NCBI GenBank assembly: GCA_030765145.1
Contig: JAVCDA010000002.1
Location: 16,320 to 80,319 of the forward strand
Length of the DNA stretch: 64,000 nucleotides
Direction of reading: 5' to 3'
Source: Candidatus Saelkia tenebricola
GTDB lineage: Bacteria > Omnitrophota > Gorgyraeia > Kaelpiales > Kaelpiaceae
Of this stretch, positions 38,951-48,742 are shown in pieces. The first letter of the stretch is position 1. Each line of letters opens with the position of its first letter. The notes under the pieces were generated by a model. That model saw nothing but the letters and a program-made list of their open reading frames with translations. It did not search any database and had not been told where the DNA came from. The position numbers and the translations under genes are program-made.

Positions 38951-39451
38951 TTAAAATTTTTCCCAGTGCAGCAATTCGTCAAGAGGTCTCTTCTCTGCCT
39001 TAGTAATTAAATCATTTTTAGGATAACCCAAAGATATTATGCTTATTAGATTGTATTCTGATGGTGCTTTTAACAGTATTTTTATATCTGGAACATAATC
39101 TTTTTTATCTCCGGCAATCCAGCAGGATGCTATTCCATAACTCGTTGCAGCAAGCAAAATATTTTCAGTTGCAGCTGAACAGTCCTCAAGGTAATATTTC
39201 GTTGGCCTGGAGAATATAACTATACAAGCAGAAGCTTCTTTTAAAAAAAGTGCGTTTCTGTTTGTTAAGCGGGAAATTTCTTTAAGAGTTTCTTTGTTCT
39301 TTATTACAATAAATTCCCAAGGTTCTTCTCCTCTTGCTGTAGGAGCCATATGACCGCAGTCGATTAAGTCTAATAAGATTTCATCGGAGATTAGTTTGTC
39401 TTTATATTCCCTAATGCTGCGTCTTTTTTTTATTATTTCTCTTGTCCCCAT
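38951..39451 (-). CDS. Nitroreductase family protein
   Basis: RRSIREY, APTA...PWEF, DCSAATENILLAA..YGIASCW, ISLGYP. Confidence 0.93.
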   Translation of the reverse strand: MGTREIIKKRRSIREYKDKLISDEILLDLIDCGHMAPTARGEEPWEFIVIKNKETLKEISRLTNRNALFLKEASACIVIFSRPTKYYLEDCSAATENILLAATSYGIASCWIAGDKKDYVPDIKILLKAPSEYNLISIISLGYPKNDLITKAEKRPLDELLHWEKF

Positions 39452-39452
39452 C

Positions 39453-41243
39453 TTAATCCATTTTTAAAATTGCCAAGAATGCTTCTTGAGGGATATCGAC
39501 TTTACCAAATTTTTTCATACGTTTCTTACCTTCTTTTTGCCTGTCCCAGAGTTTTCTTTTTCTTGTAATATCTCCCCCATAGCATTTTCCAGTAACATGT
39601 TTTTTTAAAGCAACTACAGACTCGCGGGCAATAATTTTTCCTCCTATTGCAGCTTGAATTGCCACTTCGAATAACTGCCTTGGGATCGTAGATCTTAATT
39701 TTTGAACCAGCTGCCTGGCTTTATAATTGGATTTCTCTTTATCTATTAAAAGAGATAGCGCTTCGCAGATTTCTCCGTTGATAAGAATATCAACCTTAAT
39801 TAAATCAACTTCTCTATACTCTAAAAACTCATAATCCAAAGAACCATATCCACGGGTCATGGATTTTATTTTATCATGGAAATCAATCAATATTTCCGCC
39901 AGTGGTAATTCATAAGTCAATCCTACTCTTTTTTTGCCGTAATACTCTGTTGCTTTATATATTCCTCGTTTTGCCTGGGTAAGCTCCATAATAGCCCCAA
40001 TTGAATCTGGAGGCACTAATATATAAGCTTTGACATAAGGCTCCATTACTTGTGTATCCCGGGATTGATTGAATTTAGAAGGTGTATCAACCTCTATTTT
40101 CTCCCCAGTCTTTTTTAAAACAATATATTTTACGTTTGGAGTGGTAATAACAATGTTTATTTTGAATTCTCTTTCTAGTCTTTCTTGGATAATTTCCATA
40201 TGCAAAAGCCCTAGGAATCCGCATCTAAAACCCGGTCCTAAGGCAGGAGAATTCTCCGGCTCAAATATCAATGCTACATCAGTAAGTGAAAGTTTCTCTA
40301 AAGCTTCTCTTAAGATATTGACATCAGACGTACTGACCGGATAAAAACCTGCATAGACCATTGGTTTATGTTTTTTAAATCCCGAAACAGCAACAGATGT
40401 GGGGTTTTCAAATGAAGTTACAGTATCTCCTGAAATTATCTCTCTTGGAATTTTAATGTTTGCAGTAATAAAACCTACATCTCCAACACTAAGCGAATCA
40501 ACAAACTTAGGGTAGGGAGTTAATATTCCGATTTCTTCGACTTCATATTCTTTACCTGTGGCAAACATTTTTATTTTATCTTTGGGTTTTATTATGCCGT
40601 CAAAAACTCTTAAGTAAATAACCACCCCTTTATAAACATCGAAATAAGAATCAAATATCATTGCTTTAAGAGGTTCTGAGACGTCTCCTTGCGGTGGAGG
40701 TACATCTTCTACAATACGCCTTAAAATATCGTCAATCCCAATACCCTCTTTAGCGCTGGCTCTTACGATTTGTTCCTTTTCTATTTGCAGGATATCTTCA
40801 ATCTGAACCTCGATTTCTTCTGCTCGTGCATTCGGCAAATCTATTTTGTTTATAACAGGAATAATTTTTAAGTTTTTTTCAAGAGCAAAATGAAGATTTG
40901 CAACAGTCTGCGCTTCAACACCCTGAGCAGCATCTACAACTAAAAGAGCCCCTTCAGAACAGGATATGGATTTTGTAACTTCGGACGTAAAATCCACATG
41001 TCCCGGGGTATCGATTAAGTTAAGTTCATAGTTTTCTCCATCATAGTTATATAACAGTCTTACAGCACTTGCTTTAATAGTTATTCCCCTCTCCCTCTCT
41101 AAGTCCATATCGTCAAGAATTTGGGATTTAAAAGATCTTTCTGTTATAGCATTTGTATTGAGTAGAAATCTATCTGCAAGCGTAGATTTTCCGTGGTCAA
41201 TATGTGCAATTATAGAAAAGTTTCTTATTAATTTAGGATCCAT
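39453..41243 (-). CDS. lepA: Elongation factor 4
   Basis: IRNFSIIAHIDHGKSTLADR, GFRCGFLGLLHMEI, KCYGGDITRKRKL. Confidence 0.99.
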   Translation of the reverse strand: MDPKLIRNFSIIAHIDHGKSTLADRFLLNTNAITERSFKSQILDDMDLERERGITIKASAVRLLYNYDGENYELNLIDTPGHVDFTSEVTKSISCSEGALLVVDAAQGVEAQTVANLHFALEKNLKIIPVINKIDLPNARAEEIEVQIEDILQIEKEQIVRASAKEGIGIDDILRRIVEDVPPPQGDVSEPLKAMIFDSYFDVYKGVVIYLRVFDGIIKPKDKIKMFATGKEYEVEEIGILTPYPKFVDSLSVGDVGFITANIKIPREIISGDTVTSFENPTSVAVSGFKKHKPMVYAGFYPVSTSDVNILREALEKLSLTDVALIFEPENSPALGPGFRCGFLGLLHMEIIQERLEREFKINIVITTPNVKYIVLKKTGEKIEVDTPSKFNQSRDTQVMEPYVKAYILVPPDSIGAIMELTQAKRGIYKATEYYGKKRVGLTYELPLAEILIDFHDKIKSMTRGYGSLDYEFLEYREVDLIKVDILINGEICEALSLLIDKEKSNYKARQLVQKLRSTIPRQLFEVAIQAAIGGKIIARESVVALKKHVTGKCYGGDITRKRKLWDRQKEGKKRMKKFGKVDIPQEAFLAILKMD

Positions 41244-41244
41244 T

Positions 41245-42654
41245 TTATTTTATCGATAAGGCAAATTTTTTACCGAAAGAAACAAGCTTTTTAACCTTAT
41301 CAATGGAAGAACTTTCAGAATATATCCTTAAAATAGGTTCTGTTCCTGATAATCTGAAAATCAGCCAGCTGTCGTTGGCGAGAATTATTTTTATTCCATC
41401 AGTTTTTTTGATATCCACAACTTCAAAATTACAGACTTTTTTAAACGGATGACTTTTCAGCTTTTTGAAAAGTTTGGGTTTTAATTTGTCAGGATAGTGA
41501 ATATCGACTCTTTCGTAGTAAAACTTGCCAAATTCATCCTCGACTTCATGGATAATCTGATTGATTCCTTTGTTTTCATGAGCCATAAGTTCAACCAGCA
41601 AAAGTCCGCTCAAAACACCGTCTCTTTCAGGGATATAGTTTTTAAACCCAATACCACCGGATTCTTCTCCTCCTATTAAAACATCTATTTTTTTCATAAG
41701 TTCAGCAATATGCTTAAAACCAACTGGAGTTTCATATACCTGGAGTTTAAATTTACGGGCAATAACTCCTATTAAAGAACTATTAGATATTGTTTTTACA
41801 ACTGCACCTGTTTCTTCCCGGTTTTTGATGAAATGGATAAGTAAAAGAGCCATGATCCATCCGGGATTTAAGAAACGCCCTCCCTTTGCTATCGCACCGA
41901 TTCTGTCTGCATCCCCGTCGGTTACAAGACAGATGTCATATTTGCTGCTCTTCATGATAGATAGAGAGTCTTTAAGGTTTTTAGCAATAGGTTCCGGACT
42001 AATTCCGCAAAATGAAGGATTTAATTCACCCCTTATTGTATCAACTTGACAATTTGAACCTGCTAAAATATCACACAAGAGATGATCTCCTGTTCCATAC
42101 ATCGCATCGTGTAAGATTTTGAATTTACTTTTTTTGATAACATCAAAGTTAATATAATTTCTCAAATATTTGACATATTCTTTTCTATAATCAGTTTCTA
42201 TAATCTTTCCCCTTTTCAAAGCTGTATCGTAATCCATTTCTCTTACTTTTGATTTCCCGAACAATTTCTCTATTTTTTTTGTTTCTGTTAAGGCGGCAGG
42301 AGAAGCCTCATCTGTTCTTATTTTTATCCCATTAAAATTCGCAGGATTATGGCTTGCCGTAATCATTATCCCGCCGGAAAATTTATATTTTTTGATTGCG
42401 AAGCATAAACAGGGAGAAGGTAAAGCGGATTTAAATATCCAAACACCTATATTATTTGCCGCTAAAACAGATGCAACTGTTTTAGCAAATTCCGGGGATA
42501 AAAATCTGGTGTCAAACCCCACAACTACTTTTAAATTTCTTTTTTTTGTATCTTTTAGAGAATCAGCATATGCCTGGGCAACTTTTCTTACATTCTCAAA
42601 TGTAAAATCTTCAGCGATTATCGCCCTCCATCCATCAGTTCCGAATTGTATCAT
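41245..42654 (-). CDS. Phosphoglucomutase/phosphomannomutase family protein
   Basis: FGTDGWR, ITASHNP, DGDADR, GGEESGG, RLSGTEP. Confidence 0.95.
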   Translation of the reverse strand: MIQFGTDGWRAIIAEDFTFENVRKVAQAYADSLKDTKKRNLKVVVGFDTRFLSPEFAKTVASVLAANNIGVWIFKSALPSPCLCFAIKKYKFSGGIMITASHNPANFNGIKIRTDEASPAALTETKKIEKLFGKSKVREMDYDTALKRGKIIETDYRKEYVKYLRNYINFDVIKKSKFKILHDAMYGTGDHLLCDILAGSNCQVDTIRGELNPSFCGISPEPIAKNLKDSLSIMKSSKYDICLVTDGDADRIGAIAKGGRFLNPGWIMALLLIHFIKNREETGAVVKTISNSSLIGVIARKFKLQVYETPVGFKHIAELMKKIDVLIGGEESGGIGFKNYIPERDGVLSGLLLVELMAHENKGINQIIHEVEDEFGKFYYERVDIHYPDKLKPKLFKKLKSHPFKKVCNFEVVDIKKTDGIKIILANDSWLIFRLSGTEPILRIYSESSSIDKVKKLVSFGKKFALSIK

Positions 42655-43343
42655 TGCTTTCTCCTTTTAACATTTTTTAAACTATTAATTGCTTCTGTTC
42701 TATCTGAAGCTCCAAATATATATGTACCTGCAACCAAGATATTGCAACCTGCTTCAACTGCTGACTCAGCTGTTGAAGCATTTATTCCACCGTCTATTTG
42801 TATATCACCTTTAAACTGAAGGTCTTCTCTTAATATTCTTACTTTATCTAAAACGTCGTTAATAAATGATTGCCCTCCGAATCCTGGATTGACAGACATA
42901 ATAAGTATAAAATCTAAATCTATAGTGCTTAGAATTTCCCGGAAACATTCTACTTTAGTCGGCGGATTTATTGTAAGAGCGGTGCGTATTCCTTTTACGC
43001 TTTGATATGTTTTAACGAGATTTTTGATATTTAACCCCGTATCTTCTAAAAACACTTCAACATGAAAATTAATTATATCAGCTCCTGAATCTATAAACTC
43101 AGGAATATATTTGTAAGGATCTTCAATCATTAAATGGACGTCTAAAGGAAGGCTTGTAACTTTTTTTATGGTTCTTACAATCCCAGGACCTATTGTGATA
43201 TTAGGTACGAAATGTCCATCCATAATATCAATGTGCATTAAATCTACACCCCGTTTTTCTACGTCGATTAGCTCTTCAGCAAGTTTAGAATAATCCGCAG
43301 CCAATATTGACGGTGCGATTTTGATTTGAGGATAGTAAACCAT
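42651..43343 (-). CDS. rpe: Ribulose-phosphate 3-epimerase
   Basis: Start adjusted to MVYYPQ (AAGGAG SD); IAPSILAAD, HIDIMDGHFVPN, MSVNPGFGGQ, IDGG. Confidence 0.97.
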   Translation of the reverse strand: MVYYPQIKIAPSILAADYSKLAEELIDVEKRGVDLMHIDIMDGHFVPNITIGPGIVRTIKKVTSLPLDVHLMIEDPYKYIPEFIDSGADIINFHVEVFLEDTGLNIKNLVKTYQSVKGIRTALTINPPTKVECFREILSTIDLDFILIMSVNPGFGGQSFINDVLDKVRILREDLQFKGDIQIDGGINASTAESAVEAGCNILVAGTYIFGASDRTEAINSLKNVKRRKQ

Positions 43344-43362
43344 AATTATTTCTCCTTGTTGT

Positions 43363-44433
43363 TTATTTACGTTGTTTTCTGGCAAATAGAGAGTATACCC
43401 TGCTAACGTTTTCAAGGGTTATTATGCCTTTTAAAATTCCTTCGTTATCAATAACAGGCAGTGCTTTTAAATGTGTGCTTTCCATTTTGCTATAAGCGCT
43501 TCCAAGGAATTCACTACTTGTTGCAGTAGGAAAATCTACCAGCATGATTTCATACACTTTCTTATCTAATTCTTTATTTTGGACGGTTAAAATAATCTTC
43601 TCACGCGGTAGGAATCCAGTTATTCTACCTTCATCTGTTACAACCGGAAAATCTTCTTGATTAGAATGTAGCATCTGGTTTAAAACATCCGACATAGTAG
43701 TTTGGGGATTTACTGAATAAACATTTTCCGGGAGAACATCCAAAACTTTAATGTTATTTAGTGTAGATTTTAAACTGGCAACGGATTGTTCCTGAGAAGC
43801 TGCCATAAATACGAACAATGCAATCAAAAGCAAAATTAAATTAGGCGGCTGTGACGTTAGAGCTATAAATGCAAATATTAGTGCAAAAAGATGCCCGAAT
43901 CCGACAGCTATTTTTGTTGCTTTCAGGTAAGAAAATTTTATTGCCAAAAGAGACCTTAAAATTCTTCCGCCATCCATAGGGAAAGCCGGCAACAGGTTAA
44001 ACCCTGCTAAAATCGGATTTATCCAATAGGCATAAGCCATTGTACCTGACCAAGTTATGAGGCTAGGATGAGAAAGAGAATATGAACCTAAAACAATCTT
44101 CAACGGAAAATACAAAACAAGTGCCAGTATTATGTTAAATAATGGGCCGGCGATTGAGATCATGAATTCTTGCATAGGGGTTTTTGGGTTCGAGCGCATA
44201 TTAGCAATACCCCCAATAGGTAAAAGAATTATCTTATCAACCTTGATTCCGTAATTCTTAGCAACTACGCTGTGCATTAATTCGTGCGCAGCAACGCAAG
44301 TAAAAATTGCACATATTATAAAAATCCCTTTCATTCCGTACATAAACCAGAAGAATATTGGCAAAATCAAAAATGTTATATGCATCTCTAATTTTATGCC
44401 CAGTATTGTTAATATCTTAATCGTGCCTTTCAT
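43363..44433 (-). CDS. Site-2 protease (M50) with CBS domains
   Basis: HELMH, IAGP, FNLLPAFPMDGGR; two C-terminal CBS domains. Confidence 0.94.
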   Translation of the reverse strand: MKGTIKILTILGIKLEMHITFLILPIFFWFMYGMKGIFIICAIFTCVAAHELMHSVVAKNYGIKVDKIILLPIGGIANMRSNPKTPMQEFMISIAGPLFNIILALVLYFPLKIVLGSYSLSHPSLITWSGTMAYAYWINPILAGFNLLPAFPMDGGRILRSLLAIKFSYLKATKIAVGFGHLFALIFAFIALTSQPPNLILLLIALFVFMAASQEQSVASLKSTLNNIKVLDVLPENVYSVNPQTTMSDVLNQMLHSNQEDFPVVTDEGRITGFLPREKIILTVQNKELDKKVYEIMLVDFPTATSSEFLGSAYSKMESTHLKALPVIDNEGILKGIITLENVSRVYSLFARKQRK

Positions 44434-44842
44434 TTCTCAACCATTCCAGATAAGATTGTAAGATTATTTGAGCAGATATCATATCTAATTTGCTCTTCTG
44501 TTTTTTTGCATTCAATTCTCTTAGAGCCATCTCTGCTTCTTTTGTAGAAAACCTTTCATCCCATAATATAACCTTAGTATTAAAATGATGTTCAATCAGC
44601 TCTGCTGTTTTTTTTGTTTTCATTGTGGCAGTTGATTCTTCGCCGTATTTATTCAGAGGATTTCCAATAACAACGCTTTGGATATCGTAAATATTAAAAT
44701 ATTTTGATAATTTGTTTAACAAATCAGACCTTCCTCGGATGTGTAAAACATCTAGCCCTTGAGCAAATATTTTTAAAGGGTCAGATACCGCAACCCCTAC
44801 CCTCTTTTCTCCTAAATCAAGCGAGAGGAATCTTTTTTCCAT
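44417..44842 (-). CDS. ruvX: Pre-16S rRNA nuclease / Holliday junction resolvase-like RuvX (YqgF)
   Basis: [31 protein letters not shown]. Confidence 0.95.
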   Translation of the reverse strand: MEKRFLSLDLGEKRVGVAVSDPLKIFAQGLDVLHIRGRSDLLNKLSKYFNIYDIQSVVIGNPLNKYGEESTATMKTKKTAELIEHHFNTKVILWDERFSTKEAEMALRELNAKKQKSKLDMISAQIILQSYLEWLRNERHD

Positions 44843-45635
44843 CTAATACACTCCTGATTCGGCGAGTGAATTTGGCTATTTCATCCACTGCCATTTTTTT
44901 ATTATTAATGTTTTTCTCAATAATTTTAACAATAGCACTTCCGATAATAATGCCGTCTGCATATTCTGCTAATGTTTTTGCCTGTTTAGCTGTCGAAATA
45001 CCAAACCCCACACAAACCGGAAGAGTTGTATTCTTTTTAACCAGTTTAATGTGTTCTATCGCTTTTTTTTCAAAACCTTGATGTTGACCAGTCACACCTT
45101 TAATAGAGATGTAATAGATAAATCCTGATGCATTACTATTAATTTTTTTCATTCTCAGAGAAGGTGTTGTCGGAGAAATAAAACATATTGAAGCAAGATC
45201 TATTGCTTTTGAATTTTTGATGAATTTCTTTGATTCCTCAAATGATAAATCAGGTATTATAATTCCATCTAACTTTGTTTTTTCACAAACCTTAAAAAAC
45301 CTTTCCTCACCCATCATGAAAACAGGATTATAATAACTCATAAAAAGAATTGGCACCGAAATTTGTTTTTTTATGTTTTCAAGCATTTTGAATCCTTCTA
45401 TTAAACTAGCACCTTTATTAAGAGCTCTTATCGAAGCTTTCTGTATTACAGGACCATCTGCCATGGGGTCGGAAAATGGAATACCTATCTCAATTGCATC
45501 AGCTCCATTATTCTCGAGGGCTTTAAGTATTTTAAGAAAATATTCTTTATCGGGATCCCATAGAGTTACAAAGGGGAGAAACAGCTTTCTTTTTTGTTTC
45601 TTAAGCAGCGTAAAATGTTTTTGTAATGAATTCAT
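44817..45635 (-). CDS. trpA: Tryptophan synthase alpha chain
   Basis: [37 protein letters not shown]. Confidence 0.98.
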   Translation of the reverse strand: MNSLQKHFTLLKKQKRKLFLPFVTLWDPDKEYFLKILKALENNGADAIEIGIPFSDPMADGPVIQKASIRALNKGASLIEGFKMLENIKKQISVPILFMSYYNPVFMMGEERFFKVCEKTKLDGIIIPDLSFEESKKFIKNSKAIDLASICFISPTTPSLRMKKINSNASGFIYYISIKGVTGQHQGFEKKAIEHIKLVKKNTTLPVCVGFGISTAKQAKTLAEYADGIIIGSAIVKIIEKNINNKKMAVDEIAKFTRRIRSVLDGKKIPLA

Positions 45636-46807
45636 ACTAAATGCTCCTTAACTATATCAATGTCTTTATCTCCTCGTCCGGAAAGGTTGAGTATCACAAT
45701 ATCCAGTTTTTTAAATCTCTTTTTATGTTTTATAAGATAACCTATGGCATGCGAAGGTTCTAATGCAGGTATTATACCTTCGGTTTCAGATAAAAACTTA
45801 AATCCTAAAAGCGTTGTTTTATCATCAACCGCATAATATTGGGCACGTTTTATATCTTTATAATAAGCATGTTCAGGACCTACTCCGGGATAATCAAGCC
45901 CGGCAGATATTGAATGTGCTGTTTGAATCTGCCCGTTCTTATCTTGTAGGAGATAACTTTTTGCCCCCTGGAAGACTCCTATTGTTCCCTTACATAAACT
46001 GGCTCCATGCTCTTTGGTATTTAAGCCCCGTCCAGCAGGTTCAACACCGATAAATTTTACTCTTTTATCTCTATAAAACGGATGAAATAACCCCATAGCA
46101 TTGCTTCCTCCGCCTACACAGGCAACAAGATAATCGGGCAAACGTTTTTCATGCCTTAAAATCTGTTTTTTGACTTCCTTACCTATAATGCACTGAAAAT
46201 CTCTTACTATCATAGGATATGGATATGGACCAACAATAGAACCTATAACGTAATGTGTGGTATCAATATTACTAACCCAGTCTCTAATTGCCTCATTGAT
46301 AGCATCTTTAAGCGTCATGCTTCCAGAATCAACGCATTTAACTTCAGTTCCTAAAAGCTGCATCCTAAACACATTAAGGCTTTGCCTGTGCATGTCTTCT
46401 TTCCCCATGTAAACACAACATGGCATTTTGAATAAAGCTGCTGCTGTTGCTGTTGCAACACCATGCTGGCCTGCACCTGTTTCAGCTATAATGCGTTTTT
46501 TACCCATCATCTTTGCCATTAAAACCTGCCCCAGAGTATTGTTTATTTTATGGGCACCGGTATGAGCTAAGTCTTCACGTTTTAAATAAATTTTAAATCC
46601 TAAATATTTGGAAAAATTTTCTGCAAAATAAAGCGGGGTTGGTCTACCTGCATATTCTTTGAGATAATAATTGAGTTTGTTTCTAAACTCTTTAGATTTT
46701 TTGAAATAAGCGTATGAAGTTTCAAGCTCATTTATTGCTACGATAAGAGTTTCAGGGACAAATTTCCCGCCAAAATTTAGAAAATAACCTTTTTTATCAG
46801 GATACAT
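45632..46807 (-). CDS. trpB: Tryptophan synthase beta chain
   Basis: [42 protein letters not shown]. Confidence 0.99.
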   Translation of the reverse strand: MYPDKKGYFLNFGGKFVPETLIVAINELETSYAYFKKSKEFRNKLNYYLKEYAGRPTPLYFAENFSKYLGFKIYLKREDLAHTGAHKINNTLGQVLMAKMMGKKRIIAETGAGQHGVATATAAALFKMPCCVYMGKEDMHRQSLNVFRMQLLGTEVKCVDSGSMTLKDAINEAIRDWVSNIDTTHYVIGSIVGPYPYPMIVRDFQCIIGKEVKKQILRHEKRLPDYLVACVGGGSNAMGLFHPFYRDKRVKFIGVEPAGRGLNTKEHGASLCKGTIGVFQGAKSYLLQDKNGQIQTAHSISAGLDYPGVGPEHAYYKDIKRAQYYAVDDKTTLLGFKFLSETEGIIPALEPSHAIGYLIKHKKRFKKLDIVILNLSGRGDKDIDIVKEHLV

Positions 46808-46810
46808 AAC

Positions 46811-47335
46811 TCATCTGCCTATTTGTTTACGGAACAGTTCCCGTATTTGTTTAAATATATCATTGTATTCTTGTGTCCTATAATCAGGGTAAGTCCATAG
46901 AAAATTCTGAAAATTATCATCTTTATAATAAAGGGTTATTTCTGCATATATACCTTGTGATAAATAAAACCTCTGGAGATTATCTTTTGTTGAAGCTAAA
47001 ATCAATTTCCCTTCGTTTAAATATCCAGGATCAATATTGATACTCCGTTTTGAATTAATTGCATTTTTTTTCTCCAAAATATTTGTGTGAAGTTTTATGC
47101 CAGAAAGTTCTTTAGGGTGTATCAGCTTCTTGAAGCTTATGAATCTTCTAAGCAATCTCTCCCCCATCTCTTGAGTATAATAATCTGTAAAATTAAAATC
47201 GATTATATTACTTTTAAAATCTATTTTGTCGTATTTTCTTTCTAACATTTTCTCAACATTTTCGAATAAGCTGCCATTGTTTGAAATCATACCCATTATC
47301 AGTTTTACAGGTGATACCTTCCTTACAAGCCCCAT
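46811..47335 (-). CDS. DUF4416 family protein
   Basis: F..TDYY..EMG, R.INIDPGY, LASTK, YAEITL.Y, WTYPDY. Confidence 0.85.
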   Translation of the reverse strand: MGLVRKVSPVKLIMGMISNNGSLFENVEKMLERKYDKIDFKSNIIDFNFTDYYTQEMGERLLRRFISFKKLIHPKELSGIKLHTNILEKKNAINSKRSINIDPGYLNEGKLILASTKDNLQRFYLSQGIYAEITLYYKDDNFQNFLWTYPDYRTQEYNDIFKQIRELFRKQIGR

Positions 47336-47958
47336 TCTTCTTCCCAGATAGAAGCTACAAATTTAGCCATTAATTCATGATCTTTTATTCCTGGAGAGCT
47401 TTCTATTCCGGATGAGATATCTACTGCATAAGGATTGACTTCCTCAATAGCCTTTTTTATGTTATCCGGATTAAGTCCTCCGGAAAGAATTATCGGTATC
47501 TCAAACTTGCGCGCTCGACGTGCTATATCCCAGTCAAAAATTTCACCAGTCCCACCGGCTACATTTTTCTTATAGCTATCCAAAAGTATTGCATCTAAAA
47601 AATTATATTCACTGATTATATCAAGCAATTCTTCCCCCTTAACCCTAAGTGCCTTTATGCAGCGGTATCTTCCCTGGACTTTTCTGCAAAATTCAGGGGG
47701 CTCGTCGCCATGAAGCTGGATCACATCAAGCTTACAAACAGATGCAATTTCTTCTATTTCTGGAATATCTGAATTTAAAAACACACCGACTCGCAAAACA
47801 AAAGGCGCAAGGTGCGAGATTATCTCAGCTGCTTTTAATGGTGTAATATATCTGGGGCTGGTTTTTGCAAAAACAAACCCAATTGCACTTATTCCAAGGC
47901 GTGACGCAGCTAATGCATCCTCAGTATTCGTAAAACCGCAAAATTTAATCCTGACCAT
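47323..47958 (-). CDS. trpF: N-(5'-phosphoribosyl)anthranilate isomerase
   Basis: KFCG, SPR, QLHGDE, GGTG..FDW, LSGGL.P.N, D.SSG.E..PG.KD. Confidence 0.97.
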   Translation of the reverse strand: MVRIKFCGFTNTEDALAASRLGISAIGFVFAKTSPRYITPLKAAEIISHLAPFVLRVGVFLNSDIPEIEEIASVCKLDVIQLHGDEPPEFCRKVQGRYRCIKALRVKGEELLDIISEYNFLDAILLDSYKKNVAGGTGEIFDWDIARRARKFEIPIILSGGLNPDNIKKAIEEVNPYAVDISSGIESSPGIKDHELMAKFVASIWEEEWGL

Positions 47959-48742
47959 AACCCAATAAACTCCTTATTTTTTCTGCTGAATCAGGCGAGG
48001 TTAAAATAGATTCGCCTATTAAAAAAGCATCTGCGCCTAAACTCTTTAAGTATAGAATATCTTTATAATTTTTAATTGCGCTTTCAGATATTTTAAAGAT
48101 TTCTTCCGGAATTTCCGGAAGAAGATGCGTTGATATTTCAATATCTGTCTCTAGGGTAGATAAGTTTCTGTTGTTAACTCCGATCATTTGAGGCGTCAAC
48201 TCCAAAACTTTATTTAAATCATCCTGGTCATGGATTTCAAACAAAACATCCATTTCAAGATTACAAGCTACGTCATTTAACAAATCTAATTCTTCTAAGC
48301 TTAGTATTTTTGCAATAAGAAGCACAGCATCAGCTTTAAAATATTTACTTTCATATATCTGATATTCGTCAATTATAAAATCTTTTCTTAAGACAGGTAA
48401 CGTTGTGCTTTTTTTGATATTTACTAAATCTTCTGTCTCACCTTTAAAAAAATCTTTTTCTGTAAGGACTGATATTGCAGCAGCTCCGTTAAGTTCATAG
48501 AGCCTTGCAATTTCAATTATACTTGCATCGCTATCTAAGATGTCCCCCTCAGAAGGAGAGGCTTTTTTAATCTCAGCGATAATTCTGATGTTCGCTTCTT
48601 TTTCTTTAAGAGATTTTAAAAAATCGCTTTGGCCAAATCCCTCTTCAAAAAGAGCTTTTTTTAGCTCTGAGAGAGAAAATTTTTCTTTTGTTTTCGCGAT
48701 TGCTGCTCTTTTTTTCTCTAATATATTATTCAGAATAGACAT
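47945..48742 (-). CDS. trpC: Indole-3-glycerol phosphate synthase
   Basis: IIAEIKKASPSEG, ISVLTE, LRKDFI, GVNNRNL. Confidence 0.97.
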   Translation of the reverse strand: MSILNNILEKKRAAIAKTKEKFSLSELKKALFEEGFGQSDFLKSLKEKEANIRIIAEIKKASPSEGDILDSDASIIEIARLYELNGAAAISVLTEKDFFKGETEDLVNIKKSTTLPVLRKDFIIDEYQIYESKYFKADAVLLIAKILSLEELDLLNDVACNLEMDVLFEIHDQDDLNKVLELTPQMIGVNNRNLSTLETDIEISTHLLPEIPEEIFKISESAIKNYKDILYLKSLGADAFLIGESILTSPDSAEKIRSLLGYGQD

